64,000 bases of DNA from Octopus vulgaris (lineage: Eukaryota): NCBI GenBank assembly GCA_951406725.2, contig OX597839.1, forward strand, positions 21,886,001 through 21,950,000. Direction: 5' to 3'. The position numbers and the translations under genes were made by a program. Positions 1 to 11,373 of the stretch are shown here, piece by piece; the first letter of the stretch is position 1, and each line of letters starts with the position of its first letter. The notes beneath the pieces were generated by a model, which saw nothing but the letters and a program-made list of their open reading frames with translations, had not been told where the DNA came from and ran no database searches.

Positions 1-447
1 TTCGTCTAAGACAGTGTTCCAATCCCCAACTAGCACTAGAGTGCGTGACGTTCCCAGGAAAACTTCCAGACGTTTGAAATAATCCGACTGCCCTGCTCCT
101 GTCGGAGCCTAGGCAGCCAGCAGTCTGAAAGCACCGCCGTCACTACCGTCCACGTCAAGGACCACCAACTTACCTTCTGGATCCAAGAAGACTGTCCTTA
201 TTTTCAAGTCCAGGCCCTTCCGAAACAACACCGCAGTACCACCACCGCCCGCTCCCGGCCGACACGGAGATAGAAATATCTCGTATCCGCCGAAAAGGGC
301 TGCGAGTTCCTGCGGGTCGGAGAGCCTGGTTTCACTGATGGCTGCTACATCCACATCATGAAACCTCAGGTCGTTTAACAGGTGACACTGTTTCCAAGGT
401 GACCCGAGGCCTCTCACATTCAAGCAACCGATTCTAAAATTTGCCAT
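1..447 (-). mobile_element. Non-LTR retrotransposon ORF2 N-terminus, apurinic-like endonuclease domain (Tx1/L1-like), degenerate
   Basis: MANFRIGCLNVRGL...AAISETRL...GTAVLF...LVVLDV. Reading past the TAG at 109-111 (expected YAP) continues APTGAGQSDYFKRLEVFLGTSRTLVLVGDWN, which carries the EN-domain NVRGL, (Q/S)ET and GDxN motifs. Runs off the window edge. Confidence 0.85.
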
Positions 448-476
448 GTTTCAAAAGTAAGGAGAAAAAAAAGGCT

Positions 477-1555
477 CTACTTACTGTTGTTGGTGGTGGG
501 GGTGGCTCCCTTGTGCTTTTGCACGGGTGCTTCCACTATATTTTTATACAGTTTCTCAGAGAAACTTTTCCCTAACGATCCCACATCATTAGGGAATATT
601 TGTTTTATTTCGTTGTATGTTTTTGTGTTTATTTTTATTGTGAGAATGTGTGCTGGTGGTGTGTTATGTCTTGGTATAACAAAATCTGTTATACTTGTAC
701 TAGTTCTGTCTTTCAAATACTCAACCAGTTCCTGGTTCCTTGTATTTATTGATGTAATTGTGTCTGTGTGTGTTTGTGTGTTTGGCAGTGGCAGTAATGG
801 TGTCGAAAGTGTTGTTGTTGATGTTTGGAAGCACTATTTGTTCGTGCTTCCCCTGTGTGTCTTTTTGTTTTCTCCTTTTCTTTTTTGGAGGCACCGTGTT
901 CCACTCTCCTTTGTTGGAATCAGTGCTCGCACAATCCGAGCACTCTTCATCCGGCAAAGGAATAGTTGAGGGGTCTGCTTCAGCAGCAGGACGAAAAGTA
1001 GTTGGTTCCGCCGGTATCGGTGGTGCCGCTGCTCCTGTTGCTGTTGATGGTGCCCGCGTCGGTGAGCTCTCCCCTTCTCTTCTTGCTGCTGTCGACCTTC
1101 TAGGTACTGGTGTTGGTGTTGGTTTGGTGGTTGTTGTTGTTGGAGGTGGTGTCGTTCATCTTGGTGGTGGTGATGGTATTGGTGGTGTGGCAGCCTTTGG
1201 TGTTTCGTGCTGTTGTTGTTGTTTCTGTTGTTGTTGCTGCCTCTTGCTGTATGCCTCCATTCTTCTTTTTTGAATGGGGCTCCCTCTTTAAGTGGCTTTC
1301 GCCGCTGCAGAGGAAACATTTTGGCTTTCGCCCCTCTACAGCAACGTTTAGCCTGGTGCCGTCCGGCAAATTTACGAAATCTGGTATCTTGCTCATATTC
1401 TCTTGCTGAATCTGAGCAAGAAGCAGCACTCCCATCCCTAACCAGTTTTTCTCCCTGACTCTCCTGACATCCAGAATGGTGGTAGTGTCCTCTATGTCAT
1501 AGAGGACAGCTGCCACCAGCCATGACATATCGAGTTCAGGGGGGACGAGAAAATA
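477..1555 (-). mobile_element. ORF1 (gag-like, zinc knuckle) of the same LINE, frameshifted and 5'-truncated
   Basis: ...VAVEGRKPKCFLCSGESHLKRE. Restoring 2 nt (TG) near 1280 completes CX2CX4HX4C and continues into a Gln/Pro/Thr-rich frame and PDEECSDC...WNTVPPKKKRRK, with in-frame stops. Lies directly upstream of ORF2. Confidence 0.75.
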
Positions 1556-1669
1556 TCTAAAAACTAGGAGGAAATGGTGGGGGAGAGGGGTATTAGACTT
1601 AACAAAAAAGAAAAGAAAAAAAAGAATCTTCTTTGAGAAAGAAACAAAACAGATTGAGAGTACATCTAC

Positions 1670-1802
1670 CTTTGGATATTCCTCCATGTAACGGATATCT
1701 TTGTGTGCTGCATGCCAATTGGAGATTGGTAGATGTGGCTTGCTGGAAGCTCAGCACACTACTCACATTGTGAGGGGTGCTTCCAGGATGCATGGTGAAT
1801 TT
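1670..1802 (-). other. Candidate 133-nt exon of an unidentified gene running leftwards
   Basis: Pyrimidine-rich acceptor TTCTTTTGTTTATTTCAG| and donor AAAG|GTAGAT. One frame is open, with ACCATG (MHPGSTPHNVSS...GGISK). Product not recognised. Confidence 0.35.
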
Positions 1803-1896
1803 CTGAAATAAACAAAAGAAATAACTGAAAGAAAATCTCATTGAAAATTTCATATATTTCAGTTACTTGTCCAAATCTCACTGAAACTAATAGCTG

Positions 1897-2131
1897 ATAC
1901 CTATTTCTTTATTACCCACAAGGGGCTAAACACAGAGGGGACAAACAAGGACAGACATAGGTATTAAGTCGATTACATCGACTCCAGTGCGTAACTGGTA
2001 CTTAATTTATCGATCCTGAAAGGATGAAAGGTAAAGTCGACCTCGGCGGAATTTGAACTCACAACGTAACGCACACGAAATACCGCTAAGCATTTCTCCC
2101 GGCGTGCTAACGTTTCTGCCATCTCGCCGCC
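1897..2131 (-). mobile_element. tRNA-derived SINE family B (Meta-domain-like)
   Basis: Minus strand begins GGCGGCGAGATGGCAGAAACGTTAGC, has a B-box GAGTTCAAATTCC and a GCCTTTCATCCTTTCGGGGTCGATAAATTAAGTACC-type core. Other copies at about 11888-12118, 21085-21318, 25077-25240, 27858-28070 and 42125-42300. Confidence 0.8.
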
Positions 2132-2709
2132 GTATACGCACATCTAAAACCTAAAATAGCTGATACCTCTCTATTTCACTCTCTTCATATTCTCACCAGG
2201 AATGTGGAGCAAACAAATCCAAAAACACAGTCTCCAATGTAAAATAATAAGAACAATTTCTAACTTTGGTGCAACGTCATAAATTCTGAAGAGAGGGTGG
2301 AGTCAATCATATTGACCCCAGCATTATTTGTTTGATTCAAATTTTATCAAATCTGAAGGGATGAGAGATATGTGGAACTTTGGGCAAGTGTCTTCTACTA
2401 TAGCCTTAGGCCAACTAAAGCCTTGTGAGTGGATTGGGTAGATGGAAACTGAAAGAAGCCCATTGTATACATACATACATATATAAATACATTATGTGTT
2501 TTTATGGGCTACTATTAGTTTCATGTGCTGAAATGGCAAACATTGCTTTATAACACGCCTGTGTCCCAGTACAATCATCAGACACTGCCCACATGGCATA
2601 ATCATGTTCTCAGCACATGAAAACACATTGCGTTTCTTAAATAATATTTACCTCTCGTTAGATGGGGTACTTTTTTTTTTTTTGTTGATCTCAGCACCAC
2701 AGAATAGCA

Positions 2710-2711
<2 letters not shown>

Positions 2712-2767
<56 letters not shown>

Positions 2768-3546
2768 GGCAGTTTGTCTGTCTGTGTGTCTGTCAGGTTG
2801 TACCCTCACCCTGACCACGGCTTTCAACCGATTCTGATGAAACTTGACACACACATAGCCCAATGTCATAATTCAAAACTAACGTAGCGAAAATTTTGAA
2901 AAGTTCCCCCAGTTCTGAAAAAATATCGATAAATTCGACATGGGTCGAGAATCTAAGCTTTTTATATGCAACACATTTTCTACAGACTGTCTAGGGGGCG
3001 CAACTCGACCTTTTTAACTCTCGGAACACGTGGGGTAAGTATCCCAAAATGAATAAAAATGTACAAAAACGGCAAAAAAGCGGGCAGCAATGTGAGTGAC
3101 AACAATGAAAAATCAAAAGTGACCAAACTGAACAAACGAATGGAAAAGGTTTTTTGATGCACACAACAAAAGCGGTTTATAATACACCAAGAGTTTGCAA
3201 GTAGCGTCCGAGGACCCTTAGGGTACGTCAAAAATTTAAGGTAAAACGTTTGGGGTGGTAGTTATAAAGAAAGCGTAAACAAAAAAAGTATTCGAATAAC
3301 TTGCGGCGGCTGCAGCAGCTATTAGCAGAAGTGGGGTGGGGGTAAAGTCTCGAATGTAATTTCTTCCTGGTAGGAATTGGTTGGGTTGAATTATCGATAG
3401 CTGTTTGATAGTTATTTGGGAGTGAAGAGAAGATATTGCAACCTACACATGCGCCTTCGTTCCCTAGAGGGTAAGGACTAGATTGGGATTAGTCGTTGCC
3501 TACTAGGGGCTCTTACATACCCGGGCAACGCCGGGCTATGCTGCTA

Positions 3547-3547
<1 letters not shown>
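2712..3547 (+). mobile_element. Non-autonomous Helitron
   Basis: Starts A|TC followed by (TA)n. 3' hairpin CCCGG-GCAACG-CCGGG (3520-3535) lies a few nt before terminal CTAG|T (3544-3547). No TSD. Confidence 0.8.
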
Positions 3548-3589
<42 letters not shown>

Positions 3590-3700
3590 TTTTAGTTTGA
3601 CACACTGGAAAAACGGAAAAGTCTTTGACATTTCGAGCCTATACTCTATAAAAAGATGTGAGGAGAGGAAAAGAGATGGAGAGGGGTAAAAAAACATGTC
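3590..3700 (-). mobile_element. Penelope-like terminal-repeat relic with decayed minimal hammerhead
   Basis: Minus strand TCTTT-[decayed core]-GAG TATAGG CTC-GAAA-TG-TC-AAAGA. Stems I and II and GAAA are retained but CTGANGA is lost. Abuts a (TA)n tract. Confidence 0.4.
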
Positions 3701-3860
3701 TGGATTAACAGTGGCAGATTTTGAACTGACCAGGAAGAAGGATGGGATTGGAGACAAGGGTGACAAAAAGACAACAAGTATGTTTGTGCGTGTGAGGATG
3801 TGTGACGTGTGTGTGCTGGCAAACGTGTGCGAATATGAAGATTATGTGAACTTGTGTATG

Positions 3861-4484
3861 TTAGTTAGTTAGTTAATTTGGCTCAAAAGCAAATAGCAAG
3901 GCCATGTAGGGGGACATGGAGTTAAGTACAGGGTGGTGTTCATGTAAAGAGTTCAGGCCACTTGAGGTCAAGGGAGGCTTTGAACAAAGCGGTCGTCGGC
4001 ATCTTCACCATCTCGTCTGGCAGCTTGTTCCACAGATCCGCAACCCGGACGGAGAAAGCTCCTCTCCTTCGATTGAGATGAAATCGTCGCAGGTAGAGCT
4101 TTTCGGAATGACCCCGCAGCCGACGCTCTGGAGCAGGAGTGAAGAACAGCTCTTTCGAGAGGTTACACTTTCCGCTTATGATGTTGTGGGCGAGAATGAG
4201 ATCACCACGGCGGTGGCGTTTTCTAGAGAATAAAGGTCGAGCGTCCTCAGCCTTTCTTCGTAGGACAAATTTTTGAGACCATGAACCATGCGGGTAGCCA
4301 GCTTCTGGACTCTTTCGAGATGCTGTATGTCTTTGAGGAGATAAGGAGAAGAGGCTTGAATCCCATACTCCAATATGGGTCTCACCAGCGTGACATAGAG
4401 TGGTAGGAATATGGCTGCTGTGAGCATTCCGAATGACCGCCGAATCAAGAACAGAATTCCGCGTGCTTTGTTGGCAGCATGGAC
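3861..4484 (-). mobile_element. CR1/L2-group LINE 3' fragment with (AACT)n tail
   Basis: LYVTLVRPILEYG...LERVQKLATRMV...SYEERL...RRRGDLI...RGHSEKL...FSVRVADLWNKLP with a frameshift, then tail TTAACTAACTAAC. Confidence 0.85.
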
Positions 4485-4953
4485 GTATGTATGGCAGTTG
4501 GCAGTATGTATGGGAGTGTGCATGTGTGGCGCAATGTGTGTATATGTGCTCCATATATGTGGATGCGTGGGTGAGGCTGTCTAATCGCAAAAGTATGTGT
4601 GGCAGCTAATGTGTACATGTATACTTTGTGTGTGTGTCACATGTGTGTTCTTGTGTTGGTTTTAGGTGTGCGTATATTTGTTCCCTGTCACTGCTTCACA
4701 ACTGGTGTTGGTTTGTCTACGTCCCCAGAGCAGTTCAAGAAAAAAGACACCAATAAAATAAGTAGAAGACTTTCAAAAATAAGTGCTGAAGGTCAATTGG
4801 TTTAACCAAACCCTTCGAGGCAGTGCCCCAGCATGGCCACGGTCTAATGACTGAAACTGTGATGAGAGACAAGTCAGGCCCAAGAGAGGAATTAAATGTG
4901 GTAGGCAGGAGAGGAGGATGCGTTGGTTTGAACATGATGCATATGAATGAAGA

Positions 4954-5351
4954 CAGCTGTTGGGGCCAAAGCAGAACCCTAACCCCTCCTCCTTCAACAA
5001 AGCATTCTTTGGGAAAACCTTTTTCAGATTCTTATGTTTTAGATTAGGAATATGCCAAAAAAGCCATCTTTTCAAATTTCCCAATCCCCCCTCCGCCCCA
5101 CTACCAAATTTTAAAATCCTAAAGGTGTTTTAGGTGGGAGGGGGTCACTGTGCACCAGGTTCACTGGGGGGGTGGGGGTGGAATTTGAAATATTTTAAAT
5201 TGGAGCTGGAGATTTGAAAAGGTGTTTATTTGGTATATTTGTAATCTCCAGCATCTAAAACGTTGGAATCCCCCTTTTTTTTTTTTAGAAATGCAAATGC
5301 ATTTCTAAAATGTGATTTCTAGATGTGATTCTGCATTAGCCCCAACAGCTG
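4954..5351. mobile_element. MITE-like element with terminal inverted repeats
   Basis: CAGCTGTTGGGGCCAAAGCAGAA ... TTCTGCATTAGCCCCAACAGCTG, plus internal inverted segments. Confidence 0.5.
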
Positions 5352-5417
5352 TATACAGAAGTGCCGGTCGCTGAAAGCAGATGGTACTTGCAGAAAAGGG
5401 AGACCAAGGAAGACATG

Positions 5418-5674
5418 TTAGTTAGTTTAGTTAATTTGGCTCAAAAGCAAATAGCAAGGCCATGTAAGGGGACATGGAGTTAAGTACAGGGTGGTGTTCA
5501 TGTAAAGAGTTCAGGCCACTTGAGGTCAAGGGAGGCTTTGAACAAAGCGGTCGTCGGCATCTTCACCATCTCGTCTGGCAGCTTGTTCCACGGATCCGCA
5601 ACCCGGACGGAGAAAGCTCCTCTCCTTCGATTGAGATGAAATCGTCGCAGGTAAGAGCTTTTCGGAATGACCCC
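5418..5674 (-). mobile_element. CR1/L2-group LINE 3' fragment (same family as 3861-4484)
   Basis: Near-identical to 3861-4115. Flanked by TSD GACATG (5412-5417 and 5675-5680). Confidence 0.85.
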
Positions 5675-6669
5675 GACATGGGATGTAGTGGTGAGGAATG
5701 ATCTTAGGACATTGGGACTCATGGAGGAAATGACAGTAGATCAAGAGAAGGCCCGGCCATAAGACTGTGCTAGAAGAGATGTGTCCACCCACATCTAACA
5801 CACCTTTTACCCACTCTACCCTAAGAAATTGAACTCCAATTTCTAACTGCATTTTTCTCTTCCTCACATTTCCTCTTCATAAATTATGATTGTTTTCCAA
5901 TCCCCTTCCTTGCCTTGCTGCTCCCCGCACCCTATTTTTCTACCCAGATTCTATGCTCATATTCTTGTTACTTGTGAGTATACCCTAGCACTACCCCCAT
6001 CTCTTTTCTGCTCTCTCTCACCCACTTTTATTGCTTCCTACTCTTTCTCTCTCTCTCTCTCGTTTTCCTCTGACTAGGTAGTCAAGTATCTCCTTTACAT
6101 CAGTGCACTTGTTTCGAACTTCTTTCTTATAGCTCTCCTTTTCTCTCTCTCTCTCTCTCTCTCTGGGTAACCATGTACCTCCTCTATAGCAAGATACCTA
6201 TTTCTGCCACTTTATTTCTGTTACACTCTGACCTTTCATCATTCAATACTGGATGACCCCCACTAATGTCCCCTCTCTTTTCTCTCTCTCTGTCACACTC
6301 TAACCTTTCATCCTCTGACACAAGTCCCCCTCCTCATAGTTCCTTGTCTTGAGAGTTACTTGGTTACCCTACCACAGCTGGTGCCACGTTAAAAGCATCC
6401 AGTCCACACTGTGAAGTGGTTGGCATTTGGAAGGGCATCCAGCTGTAAAGATCATGCCAAAACTAACTTTGCCTGTGCTAATGCCATGTGAAAAGCCCTG
6501 AGTCCACTCTGCAGAGTGGATGGTGTTAGGAAGGGCATCCAACCGTAAAATCTCTGCCAAAACAGACACAGTAGCCTAGGGTAGATATTCTACCTGACTG
6601 GCTGGCTCCTGTTGACTGTCCTATCCATGCATGGTAGATGGGCATTTAATGATGACGATGATATATATA

Positions 6670-7240
6670 CCCAGCACAGCAGCTAGTTCTAAAATCTCTA
6701 TATGAGATGGAAGTAGTAACTCTACTGAACAGTAACAGCTGTTACCACCTCAATGAGGTTGTTCCATACACAACACTGTTACTACTCTTTTTAACCCCAG
6801 GAGGACATCTCAAGCTGGTTAATGACACACTATCTGTGTCTGTTTCATCACAAACAAGGGAGCAATCAACTCCTGTCTAGTGGTGACAGGAACTAATAGA
6901 CTAGCTAGTCTCTGGGTATAACCTTTTGTTGGTACTGGTTATACTTGTTTACAGGTATAACCAGTACTGACGAGTTTGTTGTCACTTGCATCTCTTATAG
7001 GGATTTTAGAACTAGCTACTGTCTACAGGTACATCCACTACAGATGAGGATTATACCCATAAACTAGGTAGACTATTAGTTCACGTCACCGCTAGATGAG
7101 AGTTGCTCGCTCCCTTGTTTGTAATACAACATACACAGATTGTGTGTCATTAACCAGCTCGAGATGTCCTCCTGGGGTTGAAAAGAGTAGTAACAGTTTC
7201 CGCTATGGTACAACCTCATTGAGGTGGTAACAATCATTAC
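6670..7240. mobile_element. Long inverted-repeat element, probable Penelope-like inverted terminal repeats with hammerhead relics
   Basis: Arms of about 190 bp (6733-6925 vs 7048-7240) and a second IR (6676-6713 vs 6985-7020). Contains CCAGTACTGACGAG and CAGATGAGGATTATACCCATAAACTAGGTAGAC. Confidence 0.5.
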
Positions 7241-7252
7241 TTTATATATATC

Positions 7253-7905
7253 AGGTGATACACAAAGGAGTCATACCCAATGACTGGTGTAGCAGCACTA
7301 TAGTCAACTGCTACAAAGGTAAAGGTAACGCCTTAGATAGAAATAATTACAGAGGTACCAAATTATTGGATCAGGTGATGAAAGTCAAAGAAAGGGTTAT
7401 AGCCCATCTAATTAGGGAGAGATATAGTTTAGATGAGATGCAGTTTGGGTTTGTGCCAGGGAAAAGCACCACTGATGCCATATTTCTGGTAAGACAGCTG
7501 CAGGAGAAATACCTAACCAAAGATAAACCTCTGCACTTGGCTCTTGTTGACATGGAGAAAGCCTTTGAAAGGGTCCTCCAGTCCCTTATCTGGAGGTCAA
7601 TGCAGAAACTAGGGATACATGAGTGCTCAGTGAGAACTGTACAAGCCATGTACAGGGATGCTGTCAGTAAAGTGAGGATTGGCAATGAATATAGTGAAGA
7701 ATTCCAGGTAGAAGTAGGGGTTCACCAAGGATCAGTTCTGAGCCCCCTCTTATTCATCAGAGCCCTCCAGGCAACAACAGAGGAATTCAAGACAGGATGC
7801 CCCTGGGAGCTCCTTTATGCTGATGACCTTGCTCTAATAACTGAGTCACTACCAGAACTAAAAGTTTCAGGTGTGGAAGCAAGGTCTAGAATCAAAGGGC
7901 CTTAA
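7253..7905 (+). mobile_element. RTE-clade LINE reverse transcriptase fragment
   Basis: NYRGTKLLDQVMKV...MQFGFVPGKSTTDAIFLVRQLQEK...DMEKAF...GVHQGSVLSPLLF...LLYADDL. Confidence 0.9.
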
Positions 7906-8405
7906 AGGTGGGTGCTGACTACAAGATGCTGAGGTACCATGTCTTGCCATGGCTGAAGGCCAATTACCCAGAGGGCAACTATGCGTGGACCCAGGATGGT
8001 GTTCTCAGCCATACTGCCAAGAAGGTAGAGAATTTCTGCAAATCCAACTTCCTGGTTTCTGGTCTGTGAACTTTTGATCCTCTCCTAGTCCACATCTCAA
8101 CCCTCTGGACTATGATGTGTGGGCCATTTTGGAGCATGCCACCAACAAAACCTCTCACCCCAACATCAGTTCTCTGAAGGTTGCCATAATGAGTGGGCCA
8201 GGATGTCCAGTGACTTCATGGTGAAGAGTTGTGTGGGGTTCTGGGGTTGTGTGGAGGCTGTAATTGCAAACAATGAAAGCCACATAGAATTGTTTTATAA
8301 TTATATGTGAATGTGATTAACCTACTTTTGAATTACTAAACCTATTAAAATGCACAATGAGAGACTTTCAAATGTTACAGCAATTCTACAAGTTTTGCTC
8401 CCCCA
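7906..8405 (+). mobile_element. Tc1/mariner-superfamily transposase C-terminal fragment
   Basis: VLPWLKANYPEGNYAWTQDGVLSHTAK...SPHLNPLDYDVWAILE...EWARMSSDFMVKSC...VEAVIANNESHIE. The QDG and SPDLNPLDY-like motifs are recognisable; frameshifted. Confidence 0.75.
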
Positions 8406-8479
8406 CTACATCGCTTTCGCCAACACTGAAGGGGAGCAATTGCCCCAGCTCCCCTTCAGGGTTGGCGAAAGCAATGTAG
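8406..8479. repeat. 74-nt near-perfect GC-rich hairpin (tiny MITE or pre-miRNA-like)
   Basis: CTACATCGCTTTCGCCAACACTGAAGGGGAGC / GCTCCCCTTCAGGGTTGGCGAAAGCAATGTAG: 32-bp stem with 2 mismatches and a 10-nt loop. Confidence 0.8.
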
Positions 8480-9206
8480 ACCTAGGCCCCCATATCTATG
8501 GCGTTTGCCGCTGGAATAAGGAGTGGTTGGACATCACGCAGTTGTTAGCCTCAAATCGCCAGGCCTGTCGGCGTTTGTGAGAAATGCAGCATTGAGGATG
8601 ATTGAAGCCAGCTCAACCCACCCCAGGTGAATGCTGTAAAAAGAAGAAGTATATGTGTGTGTGTGTGTGTGCCATGCTTGCGTAGTATCTCCAACATAAA
8701 ACCAAGGGACCATATTTGTAACTGTAAGGTGCTAACAAAAGGCAACATATCAGGTATTGAAGCTATCCTCATCAAAATACAGCTTAGATGGTGAGGAGTG
8801 ATGTGGGAATTCCAACAGGTCAGCTGGAACGCCACTCTTGTGCTTCAGGGACAAACTAAAAGACAATCTGAAGCAATGCAACACTCCCTTTTCTTCCTGG
8901 GTAATCAAATCATCAGATTGCAGGACTTGGTGCCAGTCCTGCTTTGCCTCAGTTTAAAGACTCCACCACTGGGACCAACTTTGTTCAAGCATGAAGACAG
9001 ACTGGCAAAATGCTGCTCCTCTAAATGGGAACCTTACCTGCCATTGTGGTTTTGTACCACGAAGCAAAGCAGGTCTTGCCATCCACTCAAGAAGACACAT
9101 GGTGAATGATCAACAAGCACTTGAGAAAACTGAGTCCTCAACTTGTTCCATTTGCTGAAAGGTTTGCAAGGCACCAACAGGCCTCAAGAGACACATTTTG
9201 TGTCTA

Positions 9207-9567
9207 CACGCCGCCGCCGTGGTGATCTCATTCTTGCCCACAACATTATAAGCGGAAAGTGTAACCTCTCGAAAGAGCTGTTCGTCACTCCTGCTCCAGA
9301 GCGTCGGCTGCGGGGTCATTCCGAAAAGCTCTACCTGCGACGATTTCATCTCAATCGAAGGAGAGGAGCTTTCTCCGTCCGGGTTGCAGATCCGTGGAAC
9401 AAGCTGCCAGACGAGATGGTGAAGATGCCGACGACCGCTTTGTTCAAAGCCTCCCTGGACCTCAAGTGGCCTGAACTCTTTACATGAACACCACCCTGTA
9501 CTTAACTCCATGTCCCCCTACATGGCCTTGCTATTTGCTTTTGAGCCAAATTAACTAACTAACTAAC
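9207..9567 (+). mobile_element. CR1/L2-group LINE 3' fragment (third copy)
   Basis: RRRRGDLILAHNII...WNKLPDEMVKMPTTALFKASLDLKWPELFT followed by an (AACT)n tail. Confidence 0.85.
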
Positions 9568-9618
9568 ATAATGCTTTATTTTACTGAACCCTCACTTGTC
9601 ATTCATGACAAGAGAACC

Positions 9619-9654
<36 letters not shown>

Positions 9655-10297
9655 CAAATAACAGATGGAAAATGGAATCCATGGGAAACTTTATTGCTCA
9701 CAACTGCATCGATCCCTCACAGATGAGAAACTATACAACTAGTTGTGGTGCATCCCTTAGTGCAGAAGCATCCTGTCAGGTGATGTATGTATTAAGGGGT
9801 ACGTCATTAAATGAACTCTGTTTCGCTTGGATTTAATACAGCGTGTTGTTAGTGTCCGATAGGTTTAAGTTGTTGGGCAAGAATGGCGAGGGACATTGCA
9901 AAATTATAGACAAGGAGAAATTAAGAAGAATAAGACACAATAAAGTAAAACATTTACTGTGTGTGTGTTTGTAAGGTGAAGGTCACATTGTAAAATGCTG
10001 TCTTCAATAGAGGTAAACTGACTAAATAAAAGACAGGAAGGTTATGGGTAGAACATCAGATTATATACGTGTCTGCTTAATCCAGGCTCATCTGAAAGTC
10101 AACAACAAGTAAATGAAACATTAAAAATCAAATCCAGGCTCATCCCAAACTCAGAAACAATATCAAATCCAGTTTTTAACTCTTTGCAATTACAAAACTA
10201 AGACTAATGTCACCCAGGGTTGTTGACTTTTAGCTGAAATCTAACACAATTACTGTCAGATGTGTCTGGTCACACACACAATATTTTACAAAGAAAT

Positions 10298-10496
10298 TAC
10301 TCTTTTACTTGTTTCAGTCATTTGACTGCGGCCATGCTGGAGCACCGCCTTTAGTCGAGCAAATCGACCCCGGGACTTATTCTTTTTGTAAGCCCAGTAC
10401 TTATTCTATCGGTCTCTTTTACCGAACCGCTAAGTGACGGGGACGTAAACACACCAGCATCGGTTGTCAAGCAATGCTAGGGGGACAAACACACAA

Positions 10497-10545
<49 letters not shown>

Positions 10546-10701
10546 TACAACAGGCTTCTTTCAGTTTCCGTCTACCAAATCCACTCACAAGGCATTGGTC
10601 GGCCCAGGGCTATAGCAGAAGACACTTGCCCAAGATGCCACGCAGTGGGACTGAACCCGGAACCATGTGGTTGGTAAACAAGCTACTTACCACACAGCCA
10701 C
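10298..10701 (-). mobile_element. tRNA-derived SINE family A (CORE-like, internal (TA)n)
   Basis: Reverse complement of the 10950-11373 copy. Confidence 0.85.
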
Positions 10702-10949
10702 TTAGTTAGTGAATAGGAGAAATTGCTAAGCGCTTTCTGAACATTATCACACCATCATGTCATGTTAGAGTAGAGTTTATAGGATAGAGAGAAGTTTGTT
10801 ATACTTAAATTTCATATTTTACATAACTGAACAAGGTTTTGGAGTCTTTTTATATTTTAAAATATAAACGTCCATTTAACTGACATGAACAGAAATTTGG
10901 TTAAAATCTTTCAACACTGTAAGGCAGCAAGCTATTAAAATTGTTAGAA

Positions 10950-11113
10950 TAGGCGCAGGAGTGGCTGTGTGGTAAGTAGCTTGCCTACCAACCACATGGT
11001 TCCGGGTTCAGTCCCACTGCGCGGTATCTTGAGCAAGTGTCTTCTACTATAGCCTCGGGCCGACCAATGCCTTGTGAGTGGATTTGGTAGACGGAAACTG
11101 AAAGAAGCCTGTC

Positions 11114-11160
<47 letters not shown>

Positions 11161-11373
11161 GTATGTTTGTATGTCTGTGTTTGTCCGTCTAGCATTGCTT
11201 GACAACCGATGCTGGTGTGTTTACGTCCCCGTCACTTAGCGGTTCGGCAAAAGAGACCGATAGAATAAGTACTGGGCTTACAAAAGAATAAGTCCAGGGG
11301 TCGAGTTGCTCGATTAAAGGCGGTGCTCCAGCATGGCCGCAGTCAAATGACTGAAACAAGTAAAAGAGTAAAA
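10950..11373 (+). mobile_element. tRNA-derived SINE family A (CORE-like, internal (TA)n)
   Basis: Head TAGGCGCAGGAGTGGCTGTGTGGTAAG (A-box), GGGTTCAGTCCC (B-box), CTTG(A/G)GCAAGTG core, (TA)n, tail GTAAAAGAGTAAAAGA. Other copies at about 29410-29793, 31813-32215, 34195-34590, 43472-43892, 44783-45184, 45510-46055, 46320-46715, 60765-61170 and 61692-62073. Confidence 0.85.
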
